DNA of 64,000 bases from Sphingobacteriaceae bacterium (GCA_035303785.1 DATGRI010000030.1:22047-86046); one strand, 5' to 3'. Positions 35,849 to 46,142 are shown, counted from the first letter of the stretch. The notes: generated from the letters alone by a model not told the origin. Made by a program: numbers and translations.

Positions 35849-36619
35849 TCACATGAGCTTGCGCATCCGCTGGAGGGCGGCTTTTTCCAAGCGGGAAACC
35901 TGGGCCTGGGAGATGCCGATTTCCTCGGCCACCTCCATCTGGGTCTTGCCCTGGTAGAAGCGCAGCTGGATGATGCGCTGCTCCCGCTTGTCCAGCTTGC
36001 GCAAGGCTTCCCGGAGGGCGATGCCTTCCAGCCAGACCTCGTCCACGCTGTCTTCATCGCTCACCTGGTCCATGACGAAGATGGGATCACCGCCGTCCTG
36101 GTAGATGGGCTCGAAGAGGCTGATGGGCTCCTGGATGGCATCCAGGGCATAAATGATTTCTTCCCGGGGCATGCCAAGCTGGCGGGCAATCTCGTTGATG
36201 GTGGGCTCCCGGGAGTGCTTCTGGGTCAATTGGTCCCGGGCCTGGAGGGCTTTGTAGGCCACGTCCCGCAGGGAGCGGCTGACCCGGATGGGGTTGTTGT
36301 CCCTCAGGTAACGACGAATTTCGCCGATGATCATGGGCACGGCGTAGGTGGAAAATTTCACGTTCTGGCCCAGGTCGAAATTGTCGATGGCCTTCATCAG
36401 GCCGATGCAGCCCACCTGGAACAGGTCGTCGACATTTTCCCCCCGGCTGTTGAACCGCTGGATGACCGACAGGACCAGGCGCAGGTTGCCTTGGACCAAC
36501 TGCCGGCGGGCGTCTTCGTCGCCGTCCTGGAGGCGGCGGAAAAGCTCGCGCATTTCCTCGTTCTTCAGGACGGGAAGTTCCGAGGTGTTGACGCCGCAAA
36601 TCTCCACCTTGTTGGCCAT
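35849..36619 (-). CDS. sigG: sporulation sigma factor sigma-G
   Basis: VLSVIQRFNSRGENVDDLFQVGCIGLMKAIDNFDLGQNVKFSTYAVPMIIGEIRRYLRDNNPIRVSRS is near-identical to the Bacillus sigma-G core. Confidence 0.93.
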   Translation of the reverse strand: MANKVEICGVNTSELPVLKNEEMRELFRRLQDGDEDARRQLVQGNLRLVLSVIQRFNSRGENVDDLFQVGCIGLMKAIDNFDLGQNVKFSTYAVPMIIGEIRRYLRDNNPIRVSRSLRDVAYKALQARDQLTQKHSREPTINEIARQLGMPREEIIYALDAIQEPISLFEPIYQDGGDPIFVMDQVSDEDSVDEVWLEGIALREALRKLDKREQRIIQLRFYQGKTQMEVAEEIGISQAQVSRLEKAALQRMRKLM

Positions 36620-36662
36620 AAGCGACCCCTCTCACGGCTGGGAACGGCCCGTTGCCGTAAGG

Positions 36663-36692
36663 GAGTATGCCGCTGAAGGCCGATTTTTATGC
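36663..36692 (-). promoter_or_regulatory. forespore-type (sigma-F/sigma-G) promoter of sigG: GCATA-N18-CATACTC
   Basis: Minus-strand GCATA at 36692-36688 and CATACTC at 36669-36663. Compare the sigma-G consensus GHATR-N17/18-CATxxTA. About 45 nt upstream of the sigG ATG. Confidence 0.55.
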
Positions 36693-36694
36693 AT

Positions 36695-36727
36695 AAAGGA
36701 AAGAGGCCGCCCCGGCAAGGGACGGCC
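36695..36727 (-). terminator. intrinsic terminator after sigE
   Basis: Minus-strand GGCCGUCCC-UUGCC-GGGGCGGCC (9 bp including one G.U) followed by UCUUUCCUUU. Confidence 0.55.
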
Positions 36728-36754
36728 GTTGAGAATATTAGGGTGCCCCGGGCC

Positions 36755-37498
36755 TCAGGCTTCCATGCGGGCCATCTCCCGGCGCAGCCGGCCGATGATG
36801 CGCTTTTCCAGCCGGGAGATGTAGCTCTGGCTGATGCCCAGCACATCGGCCACCTGCTTTTGGGTCCGCTCCACTCCATCGCCCAGGCCGAAGCGCAACT
36901 CCATGATGCGGCGCTCCCGCACCGACAGGCGGGACAAGGCCTCCCAGAGGAGTCCCCGATCCACCCGGGCCTCCAGGTCCCGGTAGATGCTGTCGCCGTC
37001 GGCTCCCGGCAGCACGTCGCTCAGCAGCAGTTCGTTGCCGTCCCAATCCACATTCAGAGGCTCATCCAGGGAAATTTCCGACCGGGTGCGGCTGTTGCGG
37101 CGCAAGTACATCAAAATCTCGTTCTCGATGCATTTGGAGGCGTAGGTGGCCAGTTTGATCCGCTTGGTGGGATCGAAGGTGTTGACGGCTTTGATGAGGC
37201 CGATGGTGCCGATGGAGACCAAGTCTTCGATGGGGATGCCCGTGTTGTCGAACTTGCGGGCGATGTAAACGACCAAGCGCAAATTCCGCTCGATGAGGGG
37301 GGAGCGCACCGAGGTGTCGCCCATCTCCAGCCGGCGAAGAAGCTCCTTCTCCTCCTCGGCGGTCAAGGGGGGCGGCAGGGTCTGGCTGCCGCCCACGTAA
37401 TGGATGGGCCGCAGCCAAGGCAGGCGGCGCAGCAGCAGGGCCACGCCCACCGCCCAAGCCCGGCGCAGGCGCCCCAAGACATAGGCCATAATCATCAA
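36755..37498 (-). CDS. sigE: pro-sigma-E sporulation sigma factor
   Basis: Hydrophobic pro-sequence followed by [57 protein letters not shown]. Confidence 0.93.
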   Translation of the reverse strand: MMIMAYVLGRLRRAWAVGVALLLRRLPWLRPIHYVGGSQTLPPPLTAEEEKELLRRLEMGDTSVRSPLIERNLRLVVYIARKFDNTGIPIEDLVSIGTIGLIKAVNTFDPTKRIKLATYASKCIENEILMYLRRNSRTRSEISLDEPLNVDWDGNELLLSDVLPGADGDSIYRDLEARVDRGLLWEALSRLSVRERRIMELRFGLGDGVERTQKQVADVLGISQSYISRLEKRIIGRLRREMARMEA

Positions 37499-37530
37499 CT
37501 CCTCCTCGCCGCGGCCGGCGCCGCCCCGTC

Positions 37531-38433
37531 TCAGCCCGCCGCTTCGTCTACGGGTGCAGGCACGGGATCCAGCAGCAGTTCCGCGGGCAGCAAAGCCCGG
37601 AAGGAGCCGGGTCCTCCCAGACGGCCGGGGTACAGGGCCACCACGGCCCCGGGGTGCTCCCTGGGCCCGCCCGTCCCGGTGTGAACCAGCAGGCGGTCCA
37701 CCCGCAGGGCGGGCAGCAGCCCGTGATCCACCCCGAGGGCCCGGTAGGGAAACAGCCGGGCCCGGTGGGCCAGGGGGCCTTGGGACAGGCGGTTCCAGAT
37801 TAGGTCGAAGGAGGCGTCTTCACCGCCCCAGAGGAAGGCCATGGCCCCGGCTTCCACCACCGTCACCGGCCGGCCGCTCAAGGGATCTACGGCGTCGTGG
37901 CCCGTGTCCACCCGGGCGGGCAGCTGGATGCGCCGCCCCTCCACCTGGATGACGATGGCCACCTGGTGCCGGGCCTGGAGTTGGAGGCGCCGGGCCGCCC
38001 GCCACGAGCCCGTAGCCAGGATGAGGACCAAGAGGGCGCCCACCGGCGCGCCCCACCAAGGCGGCACGAAACCGGGCCACAACCCGGCCGCCGGCGCCAA
38101 GGCGCTCCCCCGGTACCCGGCCAGGGCGGCCAGGCCGCCGGCGGCGGTGCCCAGGGCGTAGAACCATAGGAGCATGGTCAAGCCACGGCGGGGATCAAAG
38201 GGCCAGAAGGCGATGCCCACCATGAGCAGGGCCGTGATCAAGGAGGGAAAGACTCCTTGCAGGAAGGCTCCCCAAGGCATGACGGCCGCCGTCCCGTAGG
38301 CGGCTCCCAGGGCGGCGGCTGCCGCCGCCCGCAACAGATGGGTCCGGCGGCCCGTCACCGCCGCTACGCCGTAGAGCAAAGCCAGGTCGATGGCGAAGTT
38401 GAGCAGAGCCAGCAAATCCAGGTACACCAGCAA
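37531..38433 (-). CDS. spoIIGA: sigma-E processing aspartic protease SpoIIGA
   Basis: (TTG)[21 protein letters not shown]-terminus, 5 TM segments and a C-terminal [10 protein letters not shown] (DTG) motif. Confidence 0.88.
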   Translation of the reverse strand: MLVYLDLLALLNFAIDLALLYGVAAVTGRRTHLLRAAAAAALGAAYGTAAVMPWGAFLQGVFPSLITALLMVGIAFWPFDPRRGLTMLLWFYALGTAAGGLAALAGYRGSALAPAAGLWPGFVPPWWGAPVGALLVLILATGSWRAARRLQLQARHQVAIVIQVEGRRIQLPARVDTGHDAVDPLSGRPVTVVEAGAMAFLWGGEDASFDLIWNRLSQGPLAHRARLFPYRALGVDHGLLPALRVDRLLVHTGTGGPREHPGAVVALYPGRLGGPGSFRALLPAELLLDPVPAPVDEAAG

Positions 38434-38528
38434 GCCCCGACACCCCCCAAGGGGAGGGAGAGACCGCGCTGCCCCGACCTTGCCTAAACCTTATGCAGTG
38501 CCCCGGCCGTCCATGACGGCCGATTTCA

Positions 38529-39602
38529 TCAGCCCCCGTTGCGGCGGCGGAGAAAAGCGGGGATTTCCACTTCTACGTCATCGCCCACCAGGGACCGCAG
38601 CTCCAGACCTTCCCACTCGGTCTCGTCCATGGGGTCGGCAACCTCCCTGGGGCTGCCGAAGCCGGTGGCGATGACGGTGACGCGGATGGTGTCGGTCAGT
38701 TCCTCGTCGATGACGGCGCCGAAGATGATGTTGGCATCGGGATCGGCCGCCTCGGTGATGATGCCCGCGGCCTCGTTCACCTCGAACAGGCCCAGATCGG
38801 GGCCGCCGGTGATGTTGAGGAGCACGCCCCGGGCCCCTTCGATGGAGGTCTCCAGCAGGGGGCTGGAAATGGCTTCCCGGGCCGCCTTGCTGGCCCGCCC
38901 CTCCCCCGAGGCCTGGCCGATGCCCATGAGGGCGGTGCCGGTGTTCATCATGGCGGTCCGCACGTCGGCGAAGTCCAAGTTGATGAGGCCGGGAATGGCG
39001 ATGAGATCGGAGATGCCCTGCACACCTTGCCGCAGGACGTCGTCGGCCACCCGGAAGGCTTCCACGATGGAGGTGCTCCGGTCCACCACCTGGAGCAGGC
39101 GGTCATTGGGGATGGTGATGAGGGTGTCCACCTCATCCCGCAGTGCGGTGATCCCTTGCTCTGCCTGGGCAGCCCGGCGGCGCCCCTCGAAACCGAAGGG
39201 CTTGGTGACGACGCCCACGGTCAGGGCCCCCGTCTCCCGGGCGATGCGGGCAATGATGGGCGAGGCGCCCGTGCCCGTGCCGCCTCCCATGCCGGCGGTG
39301 ATGAAGATCAAGTCGGCGCCCTTGAGGCGCTCGGCGATTTCTTCTTTAGTTTCCTCGGCGGCGTTGCGGCCGATTTCAGGGTCGGCCCCGGCGCCCAGGC
39401 CCTTGGTGAGGCGGGCGCCGATTTGAATCTTTTCCGCGGCCAAGGAGCTGGCGAGGGCCTGGGCATCGGTGTTGACGGCGATGAAGTCAACACCTTGCAG
39501 GCCGGCTTCGATCATGCGGTTGAGGGCGTTGTTGCCGCCGCCCCCTACACCCACGACCTTGATTACGGCGAAACGTCCGGGTTCGGTATCAAATTCCAGC
39601 AA
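38529..39602 (-). CDS. ftsZ: cell division GTPase FtsZ
   Basis: [10 protein letters not shown] tubulin signature. TTG start 7 nt after AAGGAGG. Confidence 0.96.
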   Translation of the reverse strand: MLEFDTEPGRFAVIKVVGVGGGGNNALNRMIEAGLQGVDFIAVNTDAQALASSLAAEKIQIGARLTKGLGAGADPEIGRNAAEETKEEIAERLKGADLIFITAGMGGGTGTGASPIIARIARETGALTVGVVTKPFGFEGRRRAAQAEQGITALRDEVDTLITIPNDRLLQVVDRSTSIVEAFRVADDVLRQGVQGISDLIAIPGLINLDFADVRTAMMNTGTALMGIGQASGEGRASKAAREAISSPLLETSIEGARGVLLNITGGPDLGLFEVNEAAGIITEAADPDANIIFGAVIDEELTDTIRVTVIATGFGSPREVADPMDETEWEGLELRSLVGDDVEVEIPAFLRRRNGG

Positions 39603-39756
39603 GGCCGTACCTCCTTTGCCCCACGACCCCGACTGCCTCCCGGGGCTGCCTGATCCAGACCGTCGAGGTAGCCGTGCCGTTCACTTTGTGCTGTTTTCTT
39701 GGAGCCGCAGGGCCTTTCCTTCTGTGCCTCTTAGACAGGTAACGACGGGCACCCCG

Positions 39757-40521
39757 TTATCTGTCGCCTCCGCCCGGGTCATCAGGCACCTTCACCGCCG
39801 GCCGCTGGGGATTGCGCACATCGAAGTAGGATACCTGCCCTGCCTGGTCCCGCCACTGCTCCCACAGGGCGGCCAGGACGGCCAGCTGGGACCGCAGCAG
39901 GTCTTCGCTGCCGTCCAGGCGGGCGGGGACGTCGTGCTCCAGCCAGAGCACCAGCTCCCCCGACTCCTGCACGGTGATGCGCCGTACCCAGTCCATGCCG
40001 AACTGGGCCACCAGGAGGGCGCACAAGACGGGGCCCCTGCTGCCGGCGGGCAGGGGGCTGCCCAAGGGCTGGTCCACCAGGCCCAAGCCCTCGAGGCGCA
40101 GGACGTCCCCGGGGGGATCGGTCTCCAGGGCGAAGGGAATCCCCGCGTCATCCAAGGCCAGCCACAGGTCATGGTAGGCCACGTAAACCACGGGCCTGCG
40201 CTCCATCAAGTGGATGACCAAAGTGTCGGGCCAGCGTCGGGTCACCTGGGCGCCGGCGATGCGGGGATGGCTTTCCAGCCGGGCGGCCACCTGGGCGGTG
40301 CTGATGCGCCAGAGGGAGACCTCCGCCTGGAGGCTTGTCCACTCCAGCACCTCCTCCTCCCCCAGGTGCTGCAGGCCGTTGATCTCCACCCGGGCCAGGT
40401 GAAAGTAGGGTGAGTTGAGGCCGTAGAAGATGCCTGCCGTTGCTGCCAGCAAAAAGAGTATGACCAGCGTACCTCGGCGTCTCCGGCGGCGCCGGGAGAT
40501 ACGCCGGCGGCGGGGATCCAT
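39757..40521 (-). CDS. ftsQ: cell division protein FtsQ/DivIB
   Basis: Basic N-terminus, one TM and a POTRA-like VEINGLQHLGEEEVLEW. 254 aa. Confidence 0.8.
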   Translation of the reverse strand: MDPRRRRISRRRRRRRGTLVILFLLAATAGIFYGLNSPYFHLARVEINGLQHLGEEEVLEWTSLQAEVSLWRISTAQVAARLESHPRIAGAQVTRRWPDTLVIHLMERRPVVYVAYHDLWLALDDAGIPFALETDPPGDVLRLEGLGLVDQPLGSPLPAGSRGPVLCALLVAQFGMDWVRRITVQESGELVLWLEHDVPARLDGSEDLLRSQLAVLAALWEQWRDQAGQVSYFDVRNPQRPAVKVPDDPGGGDR

Positions 40522-40553
40522 GCCCCGTCCCTCCCCCGCTGCCGCAACTCCCG

Positions 40554-41873
40554 TCAGCCGGCGCCGGGATGCCGGGCGGTGCCGGGATTCGACAGCGAAT
40601 CGACTTTTTCGGGCTTTAGACGGTAGACTTCGGCTCCCAGTTTCTTCAGGACGCCTTCGAAATCCTGGTAGCCCCGGTCGATGAACTGGGCCCCTTCCAC
40701 CACGGTGGTGCCCTGGGCTCCCAGGCCGGCCAGCACCAGGGAGGCGGCGCCCCGCAGGTCATCGCTGGCCTGCACGGGAGCGCCCGTGAGGCTGGGCACG
40801 CCCCGCACCACCGCCACCCTCCCGTCGGTATGGATGCGGGCGCCCATCTTCCGGAGTTCGCCGGCGATTTTCAGCCGCTGCTCGTAGATGGTCTCGTTGA
40901 TGACGCTGGTCCCCTCGGCAGTGCACATCAAGGCCAGGAATTGATTTTGGGCGTCGGTGGGATAGCCGGGATAGGGCAAGGTGGTGAGATCCACGGCCCG
41001 GGGCCGCCGGGGGCACCGGACCCGCACCCAATGGTCGCCGGTGGTGACCGTCACCCCCGCTTCCCGCAATTTGGCCGTCACCGCGTCCAGGTGCTGGGGG
41101 ATGACGCCGGTGATTTCCACATCGCCCCGGCTGATGGCGGCGGCCACCATGTAGGTGGCCGCTTCGATGCGGTCGGGGATGACTTCGTGGCGGCCGCCCC
41201 CCAGCCGCTCCACCCCGTCGATCCTGATGGTGCCGGTGCCGGCGCCCCGCACCCGGGCGCCCAGCCGGTTGAGAAAGATTTGCAGGTCGACGATTTCGGG
41301 CTCCCGGGCGGCGTTGCCGATGACGGTGGCGCCCTGGGCCAGAACGGCGGCCATCATCAGGTTTTCCGTAGCACCTACGCTGGGCACGTCCAGATGGATG
41401 TGGGCTCCCCGGAGGCGGGGAGCGGCGGCGGTGATGGTGCCCCCCTCCTCGGTCACCTGGGCGCCCAATTTCCGCAGGCCGTTGAGGTGGAGATCGATGG
41501 GCCGGCTGCCGATGACGCAGCCGCCGGGATAGGCGATGCGGACCTGCCCCCCTTTGGCCAGGAGGGCGCCCATGACCAGGATGGAGGAGCGCATGCGGCG
41601 GGTCAAAGGGGCGGGCACCCGGTAATCGGTGAGGCCGGGAACGATGTGCACCGTCAGGCCGTAGGGCGAGGTCTCGGTCGCCACCCCCAGGCCCAAGGAG
41701 CGCAGGATATCCAGCATTACGGCGATGTCGTCCAGTCGGGGAATGCGGTGGAGGGTTACTGCCTCACCGGCCAGGATGGATGCCGCCAGCAAGGGCAGGG
41801 CCGAATTTTTCGCGCCCCTGACGGCTACCTTGCCTTCCAGGGGCCGGCCCCCCTTGACCACTAAGCGTGCCAC
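40554..41873 (-). CDS. murA: UDP-N-acetylglucosamine 1-carboxyvinyltransferase
   Basis: VRGAKNSALPLLAA and the active-site loop YPGGCVIGSRPIDLH. Confidence 0.94.
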   Translation of the reverse strand: MARLVVKGGRPLEGKVAVRGAKNSALPLLAASILAGEAVTLHRIPRLDDIAVMLDILRSLGLGVATETSPYGLTVHIVPGLTDYRVPAPLTRRMRSSILVMGALLAKGGQVRIAYPGGCVIGSRPIDLHLNGLRKLGAQVTEEGGTITAAAPRLRGAHIHLDVPSVGATENLMMAAVLAQGATVIGNAAREPEIVDLQIFLNRLGARVRGAGTGTIRIDGVERLGGGRHEVIPDRIEAATYMVAAAISRGDVEITGVIPQHLDAVTAKLREAGVTVTTGDHWVRVRCPRRPRAVDLTTLPYPGYPTDAQNQFLALMCTAEGTSVINETIYEQRLKIAGELRKMGARIHTDGRVAVVRGVPSLTGAPVQASDDLRGAASLVLAGLGAQGTTVVEGAQFIDRGYQDFEGVLKKLGAEVYRLKPEKVDSLSNPGTARHPGAG

Positions 41874-41930
41874 AAAACCACCTCCGCGGGTTCCGTCAAC
41901 GACCCTGCGGCGGCGGCAGCCCGCGGGCAG

Positions 41931-42908
41931 TCAGGCGGGGGACCCGGGTTGCTGTTCCAGCCGGGCCACGGCTTGGCGCCAGCGGGCCGACAGGGGGCCC
42001 AGGAGACGGATTTCCGGTTCCAGGACCAGGGCGAAGCGGGACCAGACCGCCTCCGCTACATCTACCATCAAAGCCACCACGTCATCGGCCCGGGCGTCTC
42101 CCAGATTGATGATCCAGTTGGCGTGCATCTCCGAGACCTGGGCGTCGCCCCGGCGCATGCCCTTGCAGCCGGCGGCGTCGATGAGACGCCCGGCGGCATC
42201 CCCGGGCGGGTTCTTGAAAATGCTGCCGGCGTTGGGCCATTGGAGGGGCTGGGTTTCGTTCCGGTACCGGAGGGCATCGTCGACCCGGGCCCGAATGGCC
42301 TGGGGGTCGCCGGGCTCCAGAACCAGGCACGCCGTAAGAGCCAGCCACGGCTCCTGCTGGAGGCGGCTGCTCCGGTAGCCGAAGGCCAGTTCCTCCCGGG
42401 TCAGTTCCCTCACCCGGCCCTCTTGGTCGACGATGCGCACCCATTCCACCCGGCTGCCTATGTCGCCGCCCCGGGTGCCGGCGTTCATGGCCAGGGCGCC
42501 CCCCACGCTGCCGGGCACGCCGGCCAGGCCTTCCACACCCTGAAGGCCCAGACGGGCCGCCTGGCCCACCAGGCGGGCCACCGAGGCGCCGGAGCCCACC
42601 AGCACCCGGTTGCCGTCGAAGCGCAAGGTGTCCAGGGCGGGCCGGGTGCGCACCACCAGGCCCCGGAGCCCTTCGTCGGGCACCAGCAGGTTGCTGCCCG
42701 CCCCCAGGATGTGCCAAGGCACTTGGTGCTGCCGGGCCCAGGCCAGGGCCGCCAGCAGATCATCCTCGTCGGCGGGGGCCGCCATCAGATCCGCCGGGCC
42801 GCCGATGCGAATGGTGGTCAATGGTTTTAAGGGTTCGTTGACCGTAACGCGGCCGCGAACCATACTACGCAGGGCGGGGGCAAGATGTGAAAAGTTGATG
42901 AAAGCCAC
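41931..42908 (-). CDS. murB: UDP-N-acetylenolpyruvoylglucosamine reductase
   Basis: FAD-binding N-terminal domain (LGAGSNLLV) and GSIFKNP. Confidence 0.92.
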   Translation of the reverse strand: MAFINFSHLAPALRSMVRGRVTVNEPLKPLTTIRIGGPADLMAAPADEDDLLAALAWARQHQVPWHILGAGSNLLVPDEGLRGLVVRTRPALDTLRFDGNRVLVGSGASVARLVGQAARLGLQGVEGLAGVPGSVGGALAMNAGTRGGDIGSRVEWVRIVDQEGRVRELTREELAFGYRSSRLQQEPWLALTACLVLEPGDPQAIRARVDDALRYRNETQPLQWPNAGSIFKNPPGDAAGRLIDAAGCKGMRRGDAQVSEMHANWIINLGDARADDVVALMVDVAEAVWSRFALVLEPEIRLLGPLSARWRQAVARLEQQPGSPA

Positions 42909-42917
42909 CTCCTGGGG

Positions 42918-44051
42918 TTACCGGCGTCGGGGCGCCGGCTGCCGGGCCGTTTCCAGCACCAGCTGGGCCAGCCGCCGGGCGGCGTCGGGCACGCCCAGGG
43001 CCCCGCTGGCGGCGGCCATGGCCGCCAGTCGCTCCTCATCGGCCAGCAGTTGGCCCACGATGCGGGCCAAGGCTTCCCCGGTGCACTGATCATCCTCCAG
43101 CATGACGGCGGCGCCCGCCCCGGCCAGCACCCGGGCGTTGTGCCGCTGGTGGTCATGGGTGACATGGGGCGACGGCACCACCACCGCCGGCAGGCCCCGG
43201 GCGGTGACCTCCGCCAGGCTGATGCCCCCGGCCCGGGTCACCGCCAGATCCGCCGCCGCCAAGGCCAGCTCCATCTCTTCCAAGTAAGGACGGATCCGCA
43301 GGGGGCCCGGCGGGCCGGGGGCCAGGCCGGCCTCCTGCAGCCGGGCCAGCACATCATCGTAGTACCGCTCCCCCGTCACCCACAGGAGGGCGGTGTCCTC
43401 CGGCAATGATGCCGCCAGGGCGTGGGCCGCCTCGTTGATCCGCTGGGCACCCCGGCTGCCGCTGGTGACCAGCACCACCCGCCGGAAGCCGTCCAAGGCC
43501 AGCTGCCGCCGGGCCTCCCGGCCGTCGGCGGCCAAAATGGCGGGCCGCACCGGGTTGCCCGTCACCACCACCCGCCGGGCCCTGGGAAAGGCGTCCCCCA
43601 CGGCGGGAAAGGGCACCGCCACCGCCGCCGCCCTGGGGCTGAGCAGCCGGTTGGTGACGCTGGGAAAGGCGTTCTGCTCGTGGACGATGAGGGGAATGCC
43701 CATGATGGCCGCCATCATGCCCACAGGACCCGACACGTAGCCGCCGGTCCCCACCACCACCCATGGCCGGGCGTCGGTGAGAATCTTCCTGGCGGCAGCC
43801 ATCCCCTGGAGGAGGGCGGCCACGCCCCGCACCCGGTCCATCATGCTTTTGCCCACCAAACCCCGGGCGGGTATGGCCACGAAGGGAATGCCGGCGGCGG
43901 GCACGATGCGCCCCTCCAGCCCCGTCCGGCTGCCCACGTAGAGGAGGTTGACGTGGGGGTCGTGCCGGCGCAGTTCCTCGGCCAGGGCCAGGGCGGGGTA
44001 GATGTGGCCCCCCGTGCCGCCTCCCGTCAAAACAACCCGCATATGTTCCAC
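42918..44051 (-). CDS. murG: lipid II GlcNAc transferase MurG
   Basis: LTGGGTGGHIYPALA N-terminus with the GT28 layout. Confidence 0.93.
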   Translation of the reverse strand: MEHMRVVLTGGGTGGHIYPALALAEELRRHDPHVNLLYVGSRTGLEGRIVPAAGIPFVAIPARGLVGKSMMDRVRGVAALLQGMAAARKILTDARPWVVVGTGGYVSGPVGMMAAIMGIPLIVHEQNAFPSVTNRLLSPRAAAVAVPFPAVGDAFPRARRVVVTGNPVRPAILAADGREARRQLALDGFRRVVLVTSGSRGAQRINEAAHALAASLPEDTALLWVTGERYYDDVLARLQEAGLAPGPPGPLRIRPYLEEMELALAAADLAVTRAGGISLAEVTARGLPAVVVPSPHVTHDHQRHNARVLAGAGAAVMLEDDQCTGEALARIVGQLLADEERLAAMAAASGALGVPDAARRLAQLVLETARQPAPRRR

Positions 44052-44052
44052 C

Positions 44053-45153
44053 TCAAGGCGGCACGTATTTGGACAAATTCAACAAGATGCCGATCCCCGC
44101 CATGGTGAACACCAGGGATGAGCCGCCGTAGCTGACCAGGGGCAGCGGGATCCCCGTGATGGGCAGGGTGCCGGTGACCACGCCGATGTTGATGATGGTC
44201 TGGAGCAGGATGGACGAGGTCAGGCCGGCGGCCATCAGGGCGCCGAAGGTGTCGGGGGCCGAGGCCGCCACCCGGTAGCCCCGCCAGCCTATGATGGCGA
44301 AAAGGACCAGCACCAGCCCCGCTCCCAGGAAGCCCAACTCCTCGCCGATGATGGAAAAGATGAAGTCGGTATGTTCCTCGGGCAGGTAGTAAAACTTTTG
44401 CCGGCTGGCGCCGTAGCCCACCCCGAACAGATGGCCCGAGCCCAGGGCGTACAAGGACTGGATGATATGGTAGCCCGACTCCGCCGGATCTGCTTCGGGG
44501 TTGAGGAAGGCCAGGATGCGGCGCATCCGCTCGGGCTTGCTGTAGATGAGCCAGGCCAGCATGGGCGCCCCGGCCATGCCCATGAGGAAGAGATGCCCCA
44601 GGCGCGCCCCGGCCAGGAAAAGCATGACCACGCTGATGGCCGCCAGGGTGACGGCGGTGCCCAGGTCGGGCTGCTCGTGGACCAGGCCCGCCACCAAGCC
44701 GGTGATGCCCAGGAAGGGCAGCAATACGGGCCAGAAGCGGCGAACCTGGTCGGTGCGCCGGGAGTAATAGGCGGCCCAGAACATGATGAGCACCAGCTTG
44801 GCCGCTTCGGAGGGCTGGAAGCTCATGGAGCCCACGCCCAGCCAGCGGCGGGAGCCCTGGACCTTGATCCCCACCCCCGGGATGAGGACCACCACCAGCA
44901 GCAGCACCGTCACCAGCAGCAGGGGTCTGGCCACCCGCCGCCAATGCCAGTACTGGATTTGGGACGTGAGAAACATGGCGGCCAGGCCGGCGCCCGCCCA
45001 CATAAGCTGCCGCTTCAAATAGTAGTAGCGGTCCAGGCGCTCCTGCTCCGCCTTGAAGAAGCTGGCGCTGAAGACCATCAGCACGCTGACGACCAGGAGG
45101 AGGACCACCGCTGCCACGATGACCAAGTCTGCCGTCCGGTGCCTGGCCTTCAC
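44053..45153 (-). CDS. ftsW: SEDS-family lipid II polymerase FtsW/SpoVE
   Basis: EQPDLGTAV plus 10 TM segments. 366 aa. Confidence 0.9.
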   Translation of the reverse strand: MKARHRTADLVIVAAVVLLLVVSVLMVFSASFFKAEQERLDRYYYLKRQLMWAGAGLAAMFLTSQIQYWHWRRVARPLLLVTVLLLVVVLIPGVGIKVQGSRRWLGVGSMSFQPSEAAKLVLIMFWAAYYSRRTDQVRRFWPVLLPFLGITGLVAGLVHEQPDLGTAVTLAAISVVMLFLAGARLGHLFLMGMAGAPMLAWLIYSKPERMRRILAFLNPEADPAESGYHIIQSLYALGSGHLFGVGYGASRQKFYYLPEEHTDFIFSIIGEELGFLGAGLVLVLFAIIGWRGYRVAASAPDTFGALMAAGLTSSILLQTIINIGVVTGTLPITGIPLPLVSYGGSSLVFTMAGIGILLNLSKYVPP

Positions 45154-45156
45154 CGC

Positions 45157-46125
45157 CTACCCCCCTATGCCCCACATGGCCACGAAGCCCAGGCCCGCAC
45201 AGGCCAAGGCCACCAGCCAAAAGGTGGTCACCACCCGCTGCTCGGGCCACCCCACCAGTTCGAAGTGATGGTGGAGGGGGCTCATGCGCAGCAGCCGCCG
45301 CCCGCCGGTGAGGCGAAAGTAAAGCACCTGCACGATTACGGAAGCCGCCTCGATGACGAACAGGCCCGCCACGATGGGCAGCAGGAGCTCCGTCTTGGTC
45401 AGCACCGCCAGGGAGCCCAAGGCCCCGCCCAGGGCCAGGGCGCCGGTGTCGCCCATGAAAGCCTTGGCGGGATGGATGTTGAAGAAAAGGAAGCCGGCGG
45501 TGCCGCCGGCCAGGGCTACGGCGAAAACGGCCATGTCCGTCAGCCCTTGATTCAAGGCCACCAGCAGGTAGAAGGACAGGGCGATGACGGCGGCGCCCCC
45601 CGCCAGGCCATCCAAGCCGTCGGTGATGTTTACGGCGTTGCTGGCCCCGGTGATGACCAAAATGACAAAGGGCACGTAGAAGACGCCCAGGTCCACCACC
45701 GTGTCGGTAAAGGGCAGGGCCACCCAGGAGCCGAAGCCCTGGGACAGGGCGAAAAAGCCCAGGAAGGCGCCCAAGGCCAGCTGGGCCACCAGCTTGTGGC
45801 GGGCCCGCAGACCCAGGGGGCGCTGGAGGACCACCTTCAGGTAGTCATCGGCGAAACCGGTGAGGCCGAAGCCGTAGGTGACGATGAGGGCCGCCCCCAA
45901 GGCCGGGGTGCGGGGGGCGAAAAAGATGACGCCCAGGGCCAGGGCGGTGAGGAACAGGATCCCGCCCATGGTGGGCACCCCCGCCTTGGATTGGTGACGG
46001 GCGGGCCCTTGGGCGCGGATAACCTGTCCGATGCGCAGGCGGCGCAAAACGGGCAGCAGGATGGGACCCAGCAATAGGGCAGCGACAAAAGCCACCAAGG
46101 CTGCCCCGATTACAGCCTGTACCAT
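45157..46125 (-). CDS. mraY: phospho-N-acetylmuramoyl-pentapeptide transferase
   Basis: NAVNITDGLDGLAGG motif. Confidence 0.95.
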   Translation of the reverse strand: MVQAVIGAALVAFVAALLLGPILLPVLRRLRIGQVIRAQGPARHQSKAGVPTMGGILFLTALALGVIFFAPRTPALGAALIVTYGFGLTGFADDYLKVVLQRPLGLRARHKLVAQLALGAFLGFFALSQGFGSWVALPFTDTVVDLGVFYVPFVILVITGASNAVNITDGLDGLAGGAAVIALSFYLLVALNQGLTDMAVFAVALAGGTAGFLFFNIHPAKAFMGDTGALALGGALGSLAVLTKTELLLPIVAGLFVIEAASVIVQVLYFRLTGGRRLLRMSPLHHHFELVGWPEQRVVTTFWLVALACAGLGFVAMWGIGG

Positions 46126-46142
46126 TCAGCCATCGACACTCC

